Below are positions 12,933 through 26,360 of a DNA stretch of 64,000 nucleotides, in pieces. This DNA is from Felis catus (lineage: Eukaryota). The position numbers and the translations under genes are program-made. The notes under the pieces are model-generated. The model was given only the letters and a program-made list of their open reading frames with translations, made no database searches and was not told the DNA's origin. The DNA lies in NCBI RefSeq assembly GCF_018350175.1, contig NC_058368.1:49539815-49603814 (forward strand). Direction: 5' to 3'. Positions within the stretch are counted from its first letter, which is position 1, and every line of letters starts with the position of its first letter.

Positions 12933-13294
12933 TTCTATGGACTGAATGTTTGTGTTCCCTCAAAATCTATTTGCTGAAGTCTAAATCTCCAATATCATGG
13001 TATTTGAAGGAGGGGTCTTTTGGAGGTGACTGGGTCATGAGGGTGGACTCTGCATGAATAGGATTAATGACATTAAAGGGATATGCAGAGACCAGAGCTC
13101 TCTGCTCTCCAATATGTGAGAATACAGCAAGAAGATGGCCATCTGCAGACCAGCAAGCAGTACCTCACCAAACATCAGATCCACAGGAGTCTTGATCTTG
13201 GACATTCCAGTGTCCAGAACTGTGAAAGATAAGTGTTTGTTGTCTAAGTCACCCAGTGACTTAGAGATTTGTTATAATAGCCTAAACTAAGACA
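12933..13294 (+). mobile_element. MaLR solo LTR (MLT1A-like)
   Basis: Starts ttctatggactgaatgtttgtg, ends ctaagaca; 5-bp TSD atgat at 12928-12932 and 13295-13299. Confidence 0.9.
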
Positions 13295-13889
13295 ATGATA
13301 TTCTTTCAAAAGTATTCATTATTCTCCTCCTTGACTTTCTCTTCTACTTCCTCTGTCCCCCATTCTCTTCCTTTGCCATCCTGAATAATGCAGCCTTAAA
13401 GGCATTAGATGGGACAGGCAAGATATACATCCGCTTGCGGAAAGGTGATAGAATGCATGGAGTGATGAGGATGGTGATGAGGGATAAGATTAGGGAGTCA
13501 GAAATAAGCAGGGTGATAAGGGCATCCATGCTTGAGGGTGGCCTGGTATAGGATGTCAGAGTTCAAACAAGATGAGGTTAGTGGAAGCAGAAAGAAAGAA
13601 GGTCCAGTACATTGAATTAGACATTGACCAGGGTGAGGAGGGCATCTGCCAGGATGGCTGCCTGGTTGATGGTGACAGAGCTTAGGTAATGTGAGGAAGA
13701 CAGCCATGAGGCATAGGGCTGGCCAGGAATGGGGCCAAGAAGGGTATGGAGGTCACCCATATAGGAAAACAGCCTGGCACAAGGACATGGAGCCCAGACA
13801 GAATGAGAAAGACATATGGGCAGGGGAAAGGGGTGACAGAGCCATTGGAAATTTATTACATACAGGAGAAGTGATCAAACGAATAAATC

Positions 13890-14065
13890 AAAGATAATGG
13901 GAACCAAGTTTTTCAGTATAAGAAAAGAGAGTTACAAATACCGAATGTGAGAAAACTAGAATGAACTCCAAACAGTTGAATTAAAACAGGTAGGATCAGG
14001 TCTGGTTTCCAATAGCTATCTAATGAGATAAATAGAAACATAAAAAGAAACATACATGCATGCAT

Positions 14066-14112
<47 letters not shown>

Positions 14113-15100
14113 CATGTGTGTGTCCACTGAGAGGTCTTGGGAACAGTGATATCCCAATAACAATGAGCACACCTGGTGCCCAGATCTTGGCTTCTAAATA
14201 CTATTTTTCAACAAAAGAACCAGGAATACATGGAAAAAATGGTTGATAACAAGGGTGAGGTAGGGAAAGTGAAGCTGAATGTATAACATTTTCTCCACAA
14301 AGCAAAGCTATGCTCATAGAATGATAGGGACATATCAAAATTACATAAAAGCCCCTGGAAAATCTGGGAATATCTTAGCATAAAGATTAACAATAATACT
14401 AATCATAATAAAATAGAATCCATTAAATAATAAAATAGAAAACCATGAGTCTGTACAGATATAAGTAGATGAATGAAAAACTTTTGAAAGTTTAACACAC
14501 AACAAATGGGATATTTACATAGTTTCAAAGTAATTCTCCATAAAATACTTATTAATTACAAAAGTGTGAGGAAAATAACTTCAGAATGCAGAAGCCTGGC
14601 AGATACCACCTTAATCAAGTGATGAAAGTGCACAAAATTGTGCACCACCTGACAGGTGTGTAGAACACGGTTATCACCTGAGTGATGTCCTTGCTGAAGG
14701 TACATCACCAAAATCTGATTATAATGAATAATCTGTGAATCCTGCAGGGAGTGGCATTCTATAAAAAAAAAAAAAGTGACATTCCGTAATCTTCAAAAGT
14801 GTCAGGGTCACAAAAGTAAAAATAAATGAATACATAAAATAAGATTTTATTTTTAAAAAGAGAAGAAACTATTCCAGACTAAAGGGACATAACAACCAAA
14901 TGTGATGTGTGATTCTTAACTGGATCCCTTTTCTATAAAGGGCATTATTAGGAATTTTGGCAAAACGTGAATGCGGTCTGAACATTAGATAGTAATACCA
15001 ACCTTATTTTCTCGATTTTGATATTTATATTGTGCCTATGTAGCATAATATTCTTGTTAATACAAAACACACACTAAAGTGTTTGAGGGTATAATGCTTT
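13890..15100 (+). mobile_element. Ancient L1 (L1MC-like) 3'UTR
   Basis: 'caatgagcacacctggtgcccagatcttggcttctaaatactatt', 'cctggcagataccaccttaatcaagtgat', 'gacataacaaccaaatgtgatgtgtgatt'. Confidence 0.75.
14050..14123. repeat. (TG)n/(CG)n alternating purine-pyrimidine tract
   Basis: 74 consecutive alternating R/Y bases. Confidence 0.95.
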
Positions 15101-15707
15101 ATGCTAGGAATGAAGAGAATATAATTTAATTTCTTCATTATTAAATATTAAATTCCACTTTCTAATATATTCCTCCCATATATTGAATTTTCCTTATGTC
15201 CAAGGAAGTCCTATTGCAGATTCATTGTGGAAAAATTCATGTCTAGACAAAATAATTTTCAGCCTTCATTTCTCATCAGGTTAATAGTTGTCTTCCTTCA
15301 TGGTCTCTTTCTTAAGGAAAGAGATTAAGGAGAAAGAGATTATGAAGAAAAATTAAAATAATATAAAATATAAGTTAATTTTTTTAAATGTGGACAACGG
15401 CACAATTCTGGCTTGTCTCCTATGCCCATGATCTGCTCTCTTCAAAGTTATAGTCATACTGACCACACAGAAAATTTCTATCAAGCCAAAATTTCCCCTA
15501 CACCATCACTGTACCACTGTGCTATATGTTCAGCTAATCATGACTGCAGAGCCTTTAACTGAAAGAACCTGAGCTTCTGATTTAGGCACACCTAGATTGA
15601 ATTTTGGCTGTGCTACCACTGGAAAAAATACCAAATAACCCTTAACCTCCATTTCCTCCATTTGGAAAAATGACCAAAATGATATCCAGCTCAAAAGGCT
15701 GTGGTCA

Positions 15708-15874
15708 GGGACACCTGGGTGGCTCAGTTCAGGCTGAGTGTCATACTTTGGCTCAGGTCATGATCTCATGGTTCTTGAGTTTGAGCCCCTCATCGGGCTG
15801 TGCAGACAGCTCAGAGTCTGGAGACTGCTTCAGATTCTGTGTCTCCCTCTCTCTCTGCCCCTCCTCCTCTTATG

Positions 15875-15908
<34 letters not shown>

Positions 15909-15939
15909 TTCTCAAAATAAATAAACATTAAAATTTTTT
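15708..15939 (+). mobile_element. CanSINE inserted in a MIR relic
   Basis: gggacacctgggtggctcag head; degraded TSD aaaaggctgtg / aaaaggttgtg; MIR-like 'aacctccatttcctccatttggaaaaatg' upstream. Confidence 0.92.
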
Positions 15940-16699
15940 AAAAGGTTGTGATAAGAATTTAAAGAAACAATGCACCTGTTCAAAAAAAAGTACATAAAAG
16001 TCCTTTTTAAATAGTTGCTACTACTATTATTCTCTCCCAGATACATAGAAGATCCTCATTTAAATATGTAGTTGCATTACCATTGTTATATTTCCCATTT
16101 TTTCTAATATACCTGCTTGCTGTGAATTTTTAACTCCCTCTAGCTACATATTTATGAATAGTTGATTAATAAAAAGACTTATTTTTCAGCTGTCTTTAAT
16201 CCTTTGTGCCCATAATTTTCTCATTGTAATGACACATTTATGACAGATGGCCTCCTACTCTGCTAGAGAAAATAAGGGAAAATGAGTGGCTTTTCTAAGG
16301 ATAATTGGGAGAAAGGTATGTTCAAGTTTGGCTTCTGGAAGATGGCCCCAAGGAGCTTATGCATGGACTATTTGCTCTCACATCTGTTAAAAATTAATGC
16401 TGTGTGTACATTATGTCATTGGAATAGATTCTCTTCATTAATAGACATATTCATATACATAGAAATGCAATGACTTTAATAAGTTCTTGAGAAAGCATGA
16501 GGTGCAAATGCTGGTATGTTGATGTGGATACTTTAAAAGAGTTCTAGATAGATGGAATTTAGACCCCTTTTAACTTTTTGGCCAGTATCACAGCAGACAT
16601 ACTGATGCACTAGTCTTGTCATATGTTCCAACAGGTTTGGGTAACTCTTCAATAAAGAAAATGAGCAATTTTCCCACTGAAGAAGCAAATTTTGCATAA

Positions 16700-16930
16700 T
16701 GACTAAAAGTATGGGCTTTGTCTTTGGATTAGCCTTGATTCAAATCTCACTCAATCTCTTTACTATCTGTATGATTAAGTAAGTCACCTAAGTGCTGATA
16801 TCTTCATCAATAAAATGGAGATAATGATGACTACCTTGTGGGAGAGACGTGGGTGTGAAATGAGAGAACATATTACTGATGCACTTAGCACACTATCAGA
16901 CACATGGCCATCTCGGAACACATTGCAGTC
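16700..16930 (+). mobile_element. MIR
   Basis: gattcaaatctc...aagtcaccta...cttcatcaataaaatggagataatgatgactacct. Confidence 0.7.
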
Positions 16931-18463
16931 ATTGTTCCACTTGTCTTTTAATCCTTCATAGAAGACAATGGGATATACGGGGAATCAGCCATCTAGCCAA
17001 GTTTGAAATCCAGAAACCCATCTTATGATCATTTTAAGCCACAGGATCTTGAAATATCAGGTAAACCATAAAGGTATAATACAGTTTAATTCATATAGTA
17101 TTAACACATTAATGGAACATAGGAGAGAATCAAGTCCCCAGGTACTCTTAACTGTTGGTCTAGCCATTCAATATTACAAAGTAAAGAGCAACTGTTGTCT
17201 TTGCTCTTAAGATAACAGTCTAAAGAATTTAAATAGCCACAGATATTTTTTAGATTGACTAGACATACTCTTGGTATTTTGAATTCACAGACCTGAGTTT
17301 CATCAGCACTGAGGCTCTAATTGAGTCTGCAAACATCTTGTCAGGAAACTTTAAAAATAGGTTGGCTTGGTAACCAGGAAATAGTGATTATTTTGCAAAC
17401 CTGAAGTCAGGCTTTCAGCCAGTGCCCATCTACAACAGTGAATGGTTAGTCCACCAATCCCTAAAGCCTAAATACAAGCCATAAACTAAAATGCCAGGTA
17501 ATAACCAGGGACTAGCAGTGGTGTCATCAATAGCCCTGGCCCTGGTAGATTTCCAGCCTTAATATTCTGAGCCTATTGCAAAAACAGCAGCAAGAGATCG
17601 GTCACTGAGGCATTCTAGGTCAGGTTCTGCTGAAAGAGTGATGATTAATGAAAATATATCAGTCAAGGAAGTAAGTGCTTTATTCTGGCACTGCTTCTGA
17701 AATACATGGTAAGAGACTTAAAAGAAACACAGAAAGAAAACATGGAATCTAAAACAACTTTGAATTTCTTCCTGAGAGAGGGGCCAAATGATGTTTCTCA
17801 TCGCACTTCAAGCCAGAGAAACTTTTAACTGGATAAAGGCAGTCACCATCTGGCTACCCTGGGCCACATCTCAGCCAGACCACCAGACAATACAATAATT
17901 TTCTTGCCAAAACCTAAGTAACCAAGAACAAGTGTCCTCCTTAGCACCACAGAAGAGTTCAGAAATAATTAAAACTAGTATCTTCTGTGTTACCTATAAG
18001 AGGTAACACCAATATGGAACTTCAGCATCATCCAATTATGGCAAGAAGGGGCAGAAACAACAGTAACTTCTCTGGAGTTATCAGCCCAATTTTGGAAATA
18101 ATTCAACATAGATGAGGTACAACGATGACCAACAATCTAACTTATCAAGGTATATTTTATTCAATATTTCATTATTCTTTTTATATTTTATTTTTTTTAA
18201 TTCTTTTTATTGCCCTGTCTAATAGCATTTACTTTTCCAGGCATTTCTAAGCACTTTGCAAATGTTAGTTCATTCCCTCCTTATAACTTTATGAAATAGA
18301 TACTACTATTAACTTAATTTTACGTATGAGTGTATTGGCAGTGGCATTGCTTGAGTTTCTAAAAGAGTTTCTAAAATAGGTAAAATAAAAATATGGGAAA
18401 ACTCTGGATTTCTCTAAAAATGACATTTTAAAATGAAAAAAATAAAATGCAATAAACAGTTTA

Positions 18464-18540
18464 TTTAACTTCACGAAGATATTATCTTCATGAAGATTTA
18501 TCTTCACGACGACTATTTATCTTCACGAATCTGAAGATAA
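18464..18540. repeat. Short tandem array of a palindromic ~17-bp unit
   Basis: Four degenerate copies of ttatcttca(c/t)gaagat. Confidence 0.8.
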
Positions 18541-20279
18541 GAGTATAAAATACACCAGAAAAATCCTCATAAAGCCAAGTCCTGGTTATTTTAATGGTGT
18601 ATATTTCAACTAAAATCTGGGTGAGGTAGATTCTAACGCCAAATGGCTTTATACTCACTACCCATTTCCCCTTCTAGCATTCTTGCTGTCTCTCTCTTCC
18701 TGTCTTTGTTTTCTTCCTTCCATGTCTCACTCTCTCAGACTCCCTCGAAGAAATAATTATCAGAGGACTTTTCTCCCTCTGATAAACTACGGGGGCTAAT
18801 AATGAAGAGATGGGTGAAGAGGGGTGCAAAATACGAGAGGACTTACTTCAAACGCACAGCACATCAAAGTGACTTGCCAGGAAGCCGGGAAATCTTGCTG
18901 AACTAAGCTGGGGTAGCTTTCTTCTCCCCTCACCTTCTTGCTCAAACCACCACTCAGGGAAGACTCAGCAATGGAAGGTATTTCACAGTCCAAGCCAGCT
19001 GCCTCCCTCTGTGCCAGCTGGGGAGTGATAGATACATACCAGGTGTCACATCTTTTATTTTGATTAAGTAAATGCTCTCAATAGATATCACTGAATAATA
19101 TTATCACCTAATTCTCTTGGGCTTTCTTTCTCTTTCTTGAAGTATTTGACAGTAGCTTTCAAATTAGGTGGCATAAATGCAAGAAGGATTTCTGCCAACG
19201 TGGCCTAGCGTGTTGAGTGATATAAGACGAATGGATGCATCATCTGTGATGTCATCAAAAGTGTATTATTGGAAGTGCAACAACACATTTTATAAGAAAG
19301 GCAAGAAATGAGCTAAAAAGAACCTATCATGTCACAAAACCCAACGAAGACTTTATCTTCAAAACCGGACAGTGTTGACAATATAACAAATATCCAGATG
19401 GAAACTGAAAGGTTCTGATTGTCACAATTGTTTCAAACATATGTGCTTACCTTGTCACATAAATGAAGCGTTTGGATGCTTTTCCAAGTCACTTTTCACC
19501 CATATCTTAGCTACACTTATGCCACAACCTCAGAGTTGTTTATGAGTCTTTCTTCCTCCTTAATACAAGGTCCATTGCCCATTTCCCTTTCCATTCTCTC
19601 CCATTCCCAGGCCAAATCCTGCCCAGAATAGGGACCAGTGAATATTGCCTGAATGAGTAATGAGGAATAACACAGAGAAAATGTAAATGAAGACCTCTGT
19701 GTGCAACTTTTTCATGGCTTGAAGTTGATCTGGAAGACATTGCCTTGGCATGCCTTGTCTAATTCCTGAAGAATAGTCCATTTTATGTCAAACTTGAGGA
19801 AATTTTTGCTAACCATTTGCATTGCATCATTCTACAAATGTGAATTAGAATTACAAACAGTTGATGGCAACAAAAGTCTATATTATTCTTTTTTATTCAG
19901 TCTACCAACCCAATGGTTCCATAGTACAAACAAAGTAATAGAAAAAACTTAGGGACAAAATATATTTTCCATCTCTTTAAAGACTGAAACATATGAATGA
20001 CTCATGCCCAATGTTATGTTTAAGGAACTTTAAAAAATTCAACACTGGACTTTTAGTGCTGTCATCATTTTATACCTGCTGCTAAAACCCATATTTTTCT
20101 AAACATCCTACAGCTTTGGATTTGCAGGGCTATCTACAATACAGATTTACTTTCTAATATGTTCAGAAACTATAATAAACTACTACTATTGGTCTCTCAA
20201 AAGCCCAGAACCCAGTGAAGGTTCTGTTTCTTTTCCTTTGCTTCTTAACACCAAAAAAAATTTTTTTAATGTTAATAAA

Positions 20280-22480
20280 ATTATATAATCATGTCATTTG
20301 GTATAGAAAAAAACTGACAAAATCCAACACCATTCATAATAGAAACTCTGAGCAAGTTAGGAATAGAGAGTTGCTAACCTCAACTTGATAAAGAACACCC
20401 CAAAAAAACCTACTGCTAACATTATACTTAATGATGAAAGACTGAATGCTTTCTCTGTAAGATCAGCAAGGTCAGGATGTTTGACATCTACTCTCCATTC
20501 TTTTTTTTTTTTAATTTTTTTAAGCTTTATTTGTTTTGGGGGGAGAGAGAGAGGGAGACACAGAATCTGAAGCAGGCTCCAGGCTCCGAGCTGTCAGCAC
20601 AGAGCCCACAAACCGCGAGTTCGTGACCTGAGCCAAAGTCGGACGCTTAACTGACTGAGCCACCCAGGCGCCCCTCTCCTCCCCATTCTTATTCCATATT
20701 CTACTGGAAATCTAGCCACTGCAATATGGCAAAAAAATAAAAGGAATATAAATTGGAAAGGAGGAAATAAAACTCTCTCCTTGCATGCAACATGGTTATC
20801 TACATAGAGAATCCCAATAAATCTACAAAAATAACCCTAGAACTAACAAATGAGTTCATCAAGGTCAAAAGATAACAGATCAACATACAAAAATCAATCA
20901 CATTTTCACATACTGAATAATATGTATAGGATCTATATACTGATAATACAAAATACTGATGAAATGAATCAATGTCCTAAATAAGTGGGGAGATATACTG
21001 TCTTCATGAATTGGAAGACTCAACATAGTAGAGATGTCAATCCTTCCCCAATTGATCTATAGATTTAATGCAATGCCTATCAAAATCCTATTGAGAATTT
21101 TTTGTAGACATAGCAAGTTTCTTCTAAAATTCATATGGAAAGGCACAGGTCTTAGAATAGCTAAAACATTTTGACAACAAAGAAGATAGGGGAAGAGACC
21201 ACTCTGATATTAATGTTTATTATATAGCTACAATAATCAAGACAGCATAGTCAGTGGAGGGATAGAATCATTGATCAATGGAAGTAAACAGAGAACCCAG
21301 AGATAGACTCACACAAATGTGTTCAACTAAATTTTAACAAAGGTATGGGAAGAAGAGCTTTTCAATAAATGGTGCTGAAAATAATGGTGCATCCCTTCAC
21401 AAAATGTGAATCTCAACCTAAACTTTACTTATAAAAAATTAACTCAAAATGGATCACAAACTTAATTATGACCCATCACACTTGTGTAACTGTAAAACTA
21501 TAAAACTTTTAGAAAATCTTCAAGATCTAGGACTAGGCAAAGATTCCTTAGACTTGACAGCAAGAGTACAATCCATAAAAGGGAAAGGTGATAAATTGGA
21601 CTTTATCAAACTAATAAATACTAACCATACAATAAAATGTTGATAAATTCTACTATATAAAAATGAAGACTAATGATACATTATAAGCCATCATGAAGAA
21701 CATGAAAAAATAAATCAAATCCTATGAGAATATATTTACAAACATTACTATCCGAAATATATTCACAACTCATTCAAATGATTTTTTTAAATCAGGCAAC
21801 CAAAACAAAATGGTCAAAAACTATGAAGAGGTAATTTTATGGAAGAAAAAACTTTAACAGCCCATTAAACTGTGAAAGAAGCCTAACTTCATTAGTAACA
21901 AGAGAAATAAACACAACACTACAATAAGATACTGTTTAACATTCATTAGACTGGGAAAAACATTATAAGTCCATTACCGACAAGGCTTAGAGACAACATA
22001 AAGCAAAGGGTATTCTTACATACAGCTGATAAGGGTATAAACTGATACTGCCTCTTCAAAAATGAATTTGGCACATTTTAGTAGAGATGAATATGTGCAT
22101 ACCCTCTGCCTCCACATTTCCGCTTTAAAGCATACACTCTCAAGAAACTCTTGCCCATGTACATCAGAAGACATTCCCATGAATATCAATAACAATGGTG
22201 TGCTTTCAGGTAAAATTTTTGTAAATTAAAAAAATAACTTCCATATCCATCTAAAAGAAAATGGATAAATAAATTTTGAAAAATACAGTGGAATATGATA
22301 TGATGATGAAAATGAACATGACTACAAGCTATCACACGAAAGGATCTTAGAACCATAATACCAGGTCAAAACATCAAAAACAGAAGACCGAACGTGATAT
22401 GAAATCATTTTGAAAAAACTAAAAAAAAAGCAAAGTTAAGAATTGCCTAAAGATACTTACATATGTAATGAAACTAATTT
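20280..22480 (+). mobile_element. Ancient L1 ORF2/3' fragments (probably two L1M elements)
   Basis: RT-region similarity 'gacaaaatccaacaccattcataat...cctactgctaacattatacttaatgatgaaagactgaatgctttc', 'gattggaagactcaacatagt'; many stops and frameshifts. Confidence 0.85.
20503..20674 (-). mobile_element. CanSINE with internal deletion, inserted in L1
   Basis: TSD tctactctccattctt / tctcctccccattctt; B-box segment between gagccc and acaaacc missing relative to the other copies. Confidence 0.93.
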
Positions 22481-22866
22481 CTTTTTATTTTATTTGAGTT
22501 GACATACAATGTTACATCAGTTTTGGGTGTACAACAGTGATTCAACTTCTCTGTATGTTATGCCACGTTCACCACAAGCATAGCTACCATCTGTCACCAC
22601 ACAATAATACTACGATACCATTGACGATATTCCTTATGCTGTACGTTTTATTCCCACGGCTTATTCATTCCATAACTGGAAACCTATATCCCTCACTCCT
22701 CTTCATTTGTTTTGTCCATCTCCCCACCATCCTTCCTTCTAGCACCCATCAGTCCACCCTATGCATTTATAGCTCCGATTCTGCTTTGTGCTTGTTTATT
22801 CATTTTTTGGTTTGTTTTTTAGATTCCACATAGGAGTGAAATCATATGGTATTTGTCTTTGTCAGT
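22480..22866 (-). mobile_element. Carnivore L1 3' end
   Basis: Similar to the 925-1575 element (gttgacatacaatgttacatcagtttt...tagattccacataggagtgaaatcatatggtatttgtcttt). Confidence 0.88.
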
Positions 22867-22954
22867 GAGACTAAAATAAGGGAAAAGCAAACAGGAGGGA
22901 GAAAAGATCTGGAGAGAACATACAGGAAGGTCTAACATGCTTAGCAATGTATTC

Positions 22955-23150
22955 TTTTAAAAAAAAATAATGTTTATTTATTTTTAAGAGAGAGAGAGAA
23001 AGTGGGGAGGGGGAGACACAGAATCCAAAGCAGGCTCCAGGCTCTGAGCTGTCAGCACAGAGTCCAAAGCAGGGTTTGAACCCATGAACTGAGAGATCAT
23101 GACCTGAGCTGAAGACCGATGCTTAACCGACTGAGCCACCCAGGTATCCC
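22955..23150 (-). mobile_element. CanSINE
   Basis: Antisense body ending gagccacccaggtatccc. Confidence 0.93.
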
Positions 23151-23488
23151 AGAAACATATTAGTTCTTAAATTGGGAATTAATTCAAAGTGCTTGTGTTA
23201 TCTTGCTTTATAACCTTCATGTATCATGAATATGAATACAGAATCAAATATTACAAAATATTATATATTTGAATACTATAGTATATATGAAACAAATATT
23301 ACAAAATCAAATTTCTGAAAGAATAAAAGCTAAGGAAAAAATTAAGAAAAAGGTAAAAAAAAATGTAGATTTGTGCTCTAAACTTTCCAATAATCATCTC
23401 AGTAAAATGACCTTCAATGCAAGCACACAACTGAATGGAAAGAACACTACTTTTTGAGTTTAATATTTGGATATAAATATTAGCCCTC

Positions 23489-23710
23489 AGGGGTGCCTAG
23501 GTGGCTCAGTTGGTTAAGTGTCCAAATTTGGCTCAGGTTATGATCTCATGGTTCACGGGTTCGAGCCCCACGTCAGGCTCTGTGCTGACAGCTTGGAGCC
23601 TGGAGCCTGCTTCAGATTCTGTGTCTCCCTCTCTCTCTGCCCCACCCACATTCACGCTCTCTTTCTCTGTCTTACAAAAATAAATAAACATTTAAAAAAT
23701 GAATAAATAA
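23489..23710 (+). mobile_element. CanSINE
   Basis: 15-bp TSD ataaatattagccct at 23473-23487 and 23711-23725. Confidence 0.95.
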
Positions 23711-23739
23711 ATAAATATTAGCCCTGGGAATGCCAGGTA

Positions 23740-24240
23740 TGTGGTTAGTGATTTAGGCAACAGTTATGCACATTCAGCTTCCTCTTCCATAAACATGGAA
23801 TAATTACACCTACCTCACAAGCATATTGTAAGATTGAATCGAGAAATAACACAAAAACAGCTAGCACAGAATCCCTCAGGAAAGATACATTATGTTCAGT
23901 CCACAATAGCTATAATTTTAATGATGATCTCTTACAAACTGGCTAATACTTTGAGGCACCAACCTGTTACTAGTCTCTTGAGTTGTGGGTAACATCTTAC
24001 TTTCACCACCAGAAAGATATGATTAGTGAAGGAAGGTGGAAACTGCCATTTACTGAACATCTCCTAGGGTTCAATCCTAAGAGTTTTATAGATATTCTGA
24101 CATCAAATCTGTAAGCAATTACAATGAAGAAGGCACTATCAACTCCATGATACAAATGAGAAAACTGAGCTTAATTACCTTGCTGAAGATAATTCAGCTG
24201 GTCATTAACAGAACCAGTGTTAGAACCTAAGTGGGTTCCC
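23740..24240. mobile_element. Two MIR relics (plus about 23740-23900; minus about 24040-24240)
   Basis: cagcttcctcttccataaacatggaataattacacctacctcac; catttactgaac...acaaatgagaaaactgag. Confidence 0.6.
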
Positions 24241-24954
24241 TTGTCCGGGTTCCAGGCCCTCTACAGCAAGAATGACTGCCAATAACCTGTCTCCTAGTTT
24301 AACCCCAATCGTCCCCTGCAGCTTCAGCCTCCAGCCCCTATCTTAGTCTTAGGGTCCTGTGTAGTTCACAACCTATTTGCAAAGAGATGAAAGTTGATGC
24401 CTTGAGCTCTAAAGAATTCTTAAAGACTTCTTGCTCAATCAAGTTCCTTACTTCTCTCATTTTGTAAAATTTGAATTAGCTTCCGTGAGTGTTGGAGGGA
24501 CTGCTTGAAAAATTCTAGCTTATTTTTACAGTATGTAAACCTTTATGGCTTGTATCTATACCATAAGAATAATACACAAACAAAAATTTTTATCAGGGGC
24601 AAACCTTAAATCTTATCACTAAAATTCAGCAAAGTCTGAACTCTAATGGCCATTTCACTGAGGAAGGGAACAGAGGAAGAGAGAAAAGTAGCATGACAGG
24701 TGGGAAAAGATGGGAACAAAAACTTAACTTTGGAGAATTCCAAATTGAAACTAGGCCCGTTTACAGTACTGCCAATGGTGACTTTTTCTCCATGTGAGTC
24801 AACATCATCCCCATTTCATTTCATCATCCCCACTACATTTTAGTCATTGGTTTTCTAAAAGCCTATACAGTTTAAGTTGTCTAAATTTCCTTCATGTCCA
24901 TCAGTTTTCAAATTTTCTTCTCTGAGAGGTTTGGTAGGTAACTAACAAATCACA

Positions 24955-25130
24955 TTGCTGAAGAATGTAGGCTCTGGAGTCAGAACTCTCCCAGATCTTT
25001 ATTAGATAAATAACTTTGGCCCAATTATTTAAGTTCTCTGAGGTGTAGTTTTCTCATCTATAAAATGGATTCTAATAATAGCATCTGCCTCCTGCAATTG
25101 TTATGAGAATTAAATGAGGTAATATAACAC
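24955..25130 (+). mobile_element. MIR
   Basis: ggctctggagtcaga...agttttctcatctataaaatgga...ttgttatgagaattaaatgagg. Confidence 0.75.
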
Positions 25131-25338
25131 CATCAAAGGGGATAGCCCAGAACTGTAAATGTAACATTTATCACCAACATTGGCATCAGGATCAAATTGT
25201 GAGCTTAATATTACTTACAGTAATGCTAATATGTTATAAGCAGAATAGGACCTTTATGTGTTTGATGATATTAATGATACAAGATGATGATGCTACAAGA
25301 ATCAAACAAATGGAGAAAATGCCTTAAGAGAATTTCTT

Positions 25339-25591
25339 TTTTTTTTATTTTTTTATTTTTTATTTTTATTTTTTAATTTTTTTTTCAACGTTTTTTATTT
25401 ATTTTTGGGACAGAGAGAGACATAGCATGAACGGGGTAGGGGCAGAGAGAGAGGGAGACACAGAATTGGAAACAGGCTCCAGGCTCTGAGCCATCAGCCC
25501 AGAGCCTGATGCGGGGCTCGAACTCACGGACCGTGAGATCGTGACCTGGCTGAAGTCGGACGCTTAACCGACTGCGCCACCCAGGCGCCCC
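25339..25591 (-). mobile_element. Young felid SINE (SINEC_Fc young subfamily)
   Basis: Diagnostic GGCGCAGTC / CAGCCAGGTCACGATC / GGCTGATGGC, many intact CpGs, long tail, TSD agaatttctt. Confidence 0.95.
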
Positions 25592-26360
25592 AAGAATTTC
25601 TTAAAAATATAATCGCAAAATAGTTCACAATGGCCCTCTATACATAATGAGAGACATAAGCAAAGCCTGGCTCTTACATTTTATTTTGGTATATTGTATC
25701 CTTTTCTTTTCCTTTTTTTATTGCCTGAACTTGTAAAATAATTCATCTTACTATAGGAAGGATTCCAAATTACTTCATAGGAAATAAGAATAATAAGAAA
25801 AGAAATAAGGAAAGTTGACACAACAGCATGTTCTTTCATATTTTTACTTTGGTACCTTCTCCATCCCTCCCCCCAACTGTGATATAATTGTATGTCTAAA
25901 AAGATGTATTCTTGGTGCTTTCAGCCTCTACAAGAGCATGAAAAAAACCCTCATGCTAATTTATGGCAGTTTATTTTACATCCATATGGGAAAGTTCATT
26001 TGGCTTGAACTTTTTTTCAGACGCTGATGAGGCTGCTATTGATTTAGTACTCTCCTAGAATACAAACCCACAAAACACATAACAGAGGAAAAGCTAATTA
26101 TGGTAATAAGAATCAAGCATGCATAATTCCATTAAAAATAGTCACCTCTCTTCGTATATCATGACTTTTTTTTTCTTTTAACAACTCTTCTGTTCATTAG
26201 GAGAAAATTACCTTTTAGTGTTAAGTGGACTATAAATGCACTGTTTACATTGTAACTGGAAAAAACTAATGTCATATTTAGTATCAGGAAGATTATTGCT
26301 ATTGGTGTTGTCTCACTGTATTACTTCAAAACAGTGTATAATGAATGCCTAGTTTGCACA

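Noticed and set aside
18464..18540. Palindromic short repeats resembling a CRISPR array
   Set aside because: No spacers, degenerate units, no cas genes, mammalian context
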